A DNA stretch of 64,000 bases from Camelus ferus. Taxonomy: Eukaryota. The notes under the pieces were generated by a model. The model searched no databases, was not told the DNA's origin, and saw only the letters and a list, made by a program, of their open reading frames with translations. A program made the translations under genes and the position numbers. Below are positions 62,824 to 64,000 of the stretch, piece after piece (position 1 is the stretch's first letter; every line of letters begins with the position of its first letter). The stretch spans positions 119,662,001-119,726,000 of the forward strand of contig NC_045696.1 in NCBI RefSeq assembly GCF_009834535.1. Reading direction: 5' to 3'.

Positions 62824-63758
62824 GTGAGTACCTGCAGGGTGAACCTTGTGACCCGAAATTAAGATGTTTAATGGGGTTTGTTCCTAACATGGGACCACTG
62901 GAGTCAGTCTCTCACGGAAGCAGTTAAAAAATAAAGACCGATTTTTATAATTGACAAAACTCATTGCTAAAATCATCACAATGAAAAGACATTACTGGAA
63001 AAAAACAGGTCTTGAGCTGAAACTTTATTGTTGAAAAAGTGTTTTTTCAGTCCACTTTTACAGAAGAAAGTAATACTATTCTGTGTGTTTGAATGGCAGC
63101 CAGCTGGAATAATCCATTATTTGACACTAGCAAAAAATGAGAGAAAAAGGTGTATTATGTGTCTGTGAGCCAGCCTCACAGTAATGGCTTAAACCTTGTG
63201 TCAGCGTCTCTCACTGTCCTCTCCCAGCTTCCATTTGCTACTTTGAGACTTGGTAAAGAGAAAAATCCCACAATACTGGTCTCATTCAGATATCAGTATT
63301 TGGACCTTTTAAGGGTCCAAAAATCAGTCATGGAGCCTCTAAACTGTTTTCAAAGCCTATTGGAGTTTGCACTGTTGCAATGTCCAGTTTTTGTTGTATA
63401 TTGTTACACGTGTTGCAACCACATTTCCTAAAACAATTAACACGATTTAGTTGGTGAAATCCTTTTAAACCTTGAGTCTTGAGGGGAACTAGCAACAGGG
63501 TTTGGTGAAGGTGGGAACTCAGTGCTGGGGCACAGTGCTCGGAGGAGCCGTGCTAACGAGGCCAGGCCCTGCACCCCGCATGGGCTCTGCCGTCTCGTCC
63601 CCCTACTCTGCGTCTGCGTTGCCCTTGGGACTCAGTGCCTCCAGTTCGTACCTCTGGGTCTTCACAGCCTAGCAGAAATGCTCTTCAATCCCAGGACGGG
63701 TTAGGGGGGCTATGCACGTGGGCAGCATGTATGTACATGCACACATGTCTCCCCCCAG

Positions 63759-63850
63759 GCCTCTGCATGTTGCTGCCCGGAACGGGCTAACAATGGTGGT
63801 TCAAGAACTTTTGGGGAAAGGAGCAAGTGTGCTTGCCGTAGATGAAAACG
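63759..63850 (+). CDS. ANKRD28: ANKRD28 exon [30 protein letters not shown](G)
   Basis: ccccag|G ... AACG|gtaagt; 92 nt; the final exon lies beyond the window. Confidence 0.96.
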
Positions 63851-64000
63851 GTAAGTAGGTTCCATTTCTTTCTTAAACCTCTTACTTCTGTATGTGAAAT
63901 AAAGTAAATCTGGATGTTTTTTATTGGTCAAAGAGGAGAGCTGAAGTTAATACTGAGAGTACTTACTTTGTGGCAAAGGGAATACGGGCAGGAGAGACAG

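Larger units (their letters stand above)
4078..63850 (+). other. ANKRD28: ANKRD28 gene body (partial): 25 coding exons, about 921 codons of ankyrin repeats; probably exons 3-27 of the human-type model
   Basis: The exons join into one uninterrupted frame with GT-AG ends and matching phases. The peptide matches the ANKRD28 sequence as I recall it (e.g. [57 protein letters not shown]). Confidence 0.97.

Noticed and set aside
1..64000. CRISPR array, operon, snoRNA or miRNA gene
   Set aside because: No regularly spaced repeats, prokaryotic gene layout or convincing box or hairpin structure was seen. A covariance-model search (Infernal/Rfam) would be needed to exclude small RNAs.

Overview
Mammalian genomic DNA, most likely a camelid, judged from recalled Vic-1-like tRNA-derived SINEs and camelid-type L1 3' ends. 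The window lies inside one + strand gene, ANKRD28 (PP6 regulatory ankyrin repeat subunit A). I traced 25 coding exons from 4078 to 63850 (2764 nt, DNEKRTPLH... to ...LAVDEN); all have GT-AG boundaries and consistent phases. The canonical first exons and the last exon fall outside the window. Introns hold L1, L2, MIR, MaLR/ERV LTRs, Tigger/hAT relics, SINEs and microsatellites. No prokaryotic system, CRISPR array or functional RNA gene is supported, and most ORF-track entries are chance ORFs. The most interesting signals are a candidate extra in-frame exon or alternative N-terminus (242/245-421), an atypical GUUAAGUAU 5' splice site, a 27-nt microexon, patchy AT-to-GC shifts coinciding with amino-acid changes, an apparently internally primed L1 fragment, and a 71-bp retroposed 3' end with a TSD. 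Repeat names and human-protein comparisons come from memory, not from a search.
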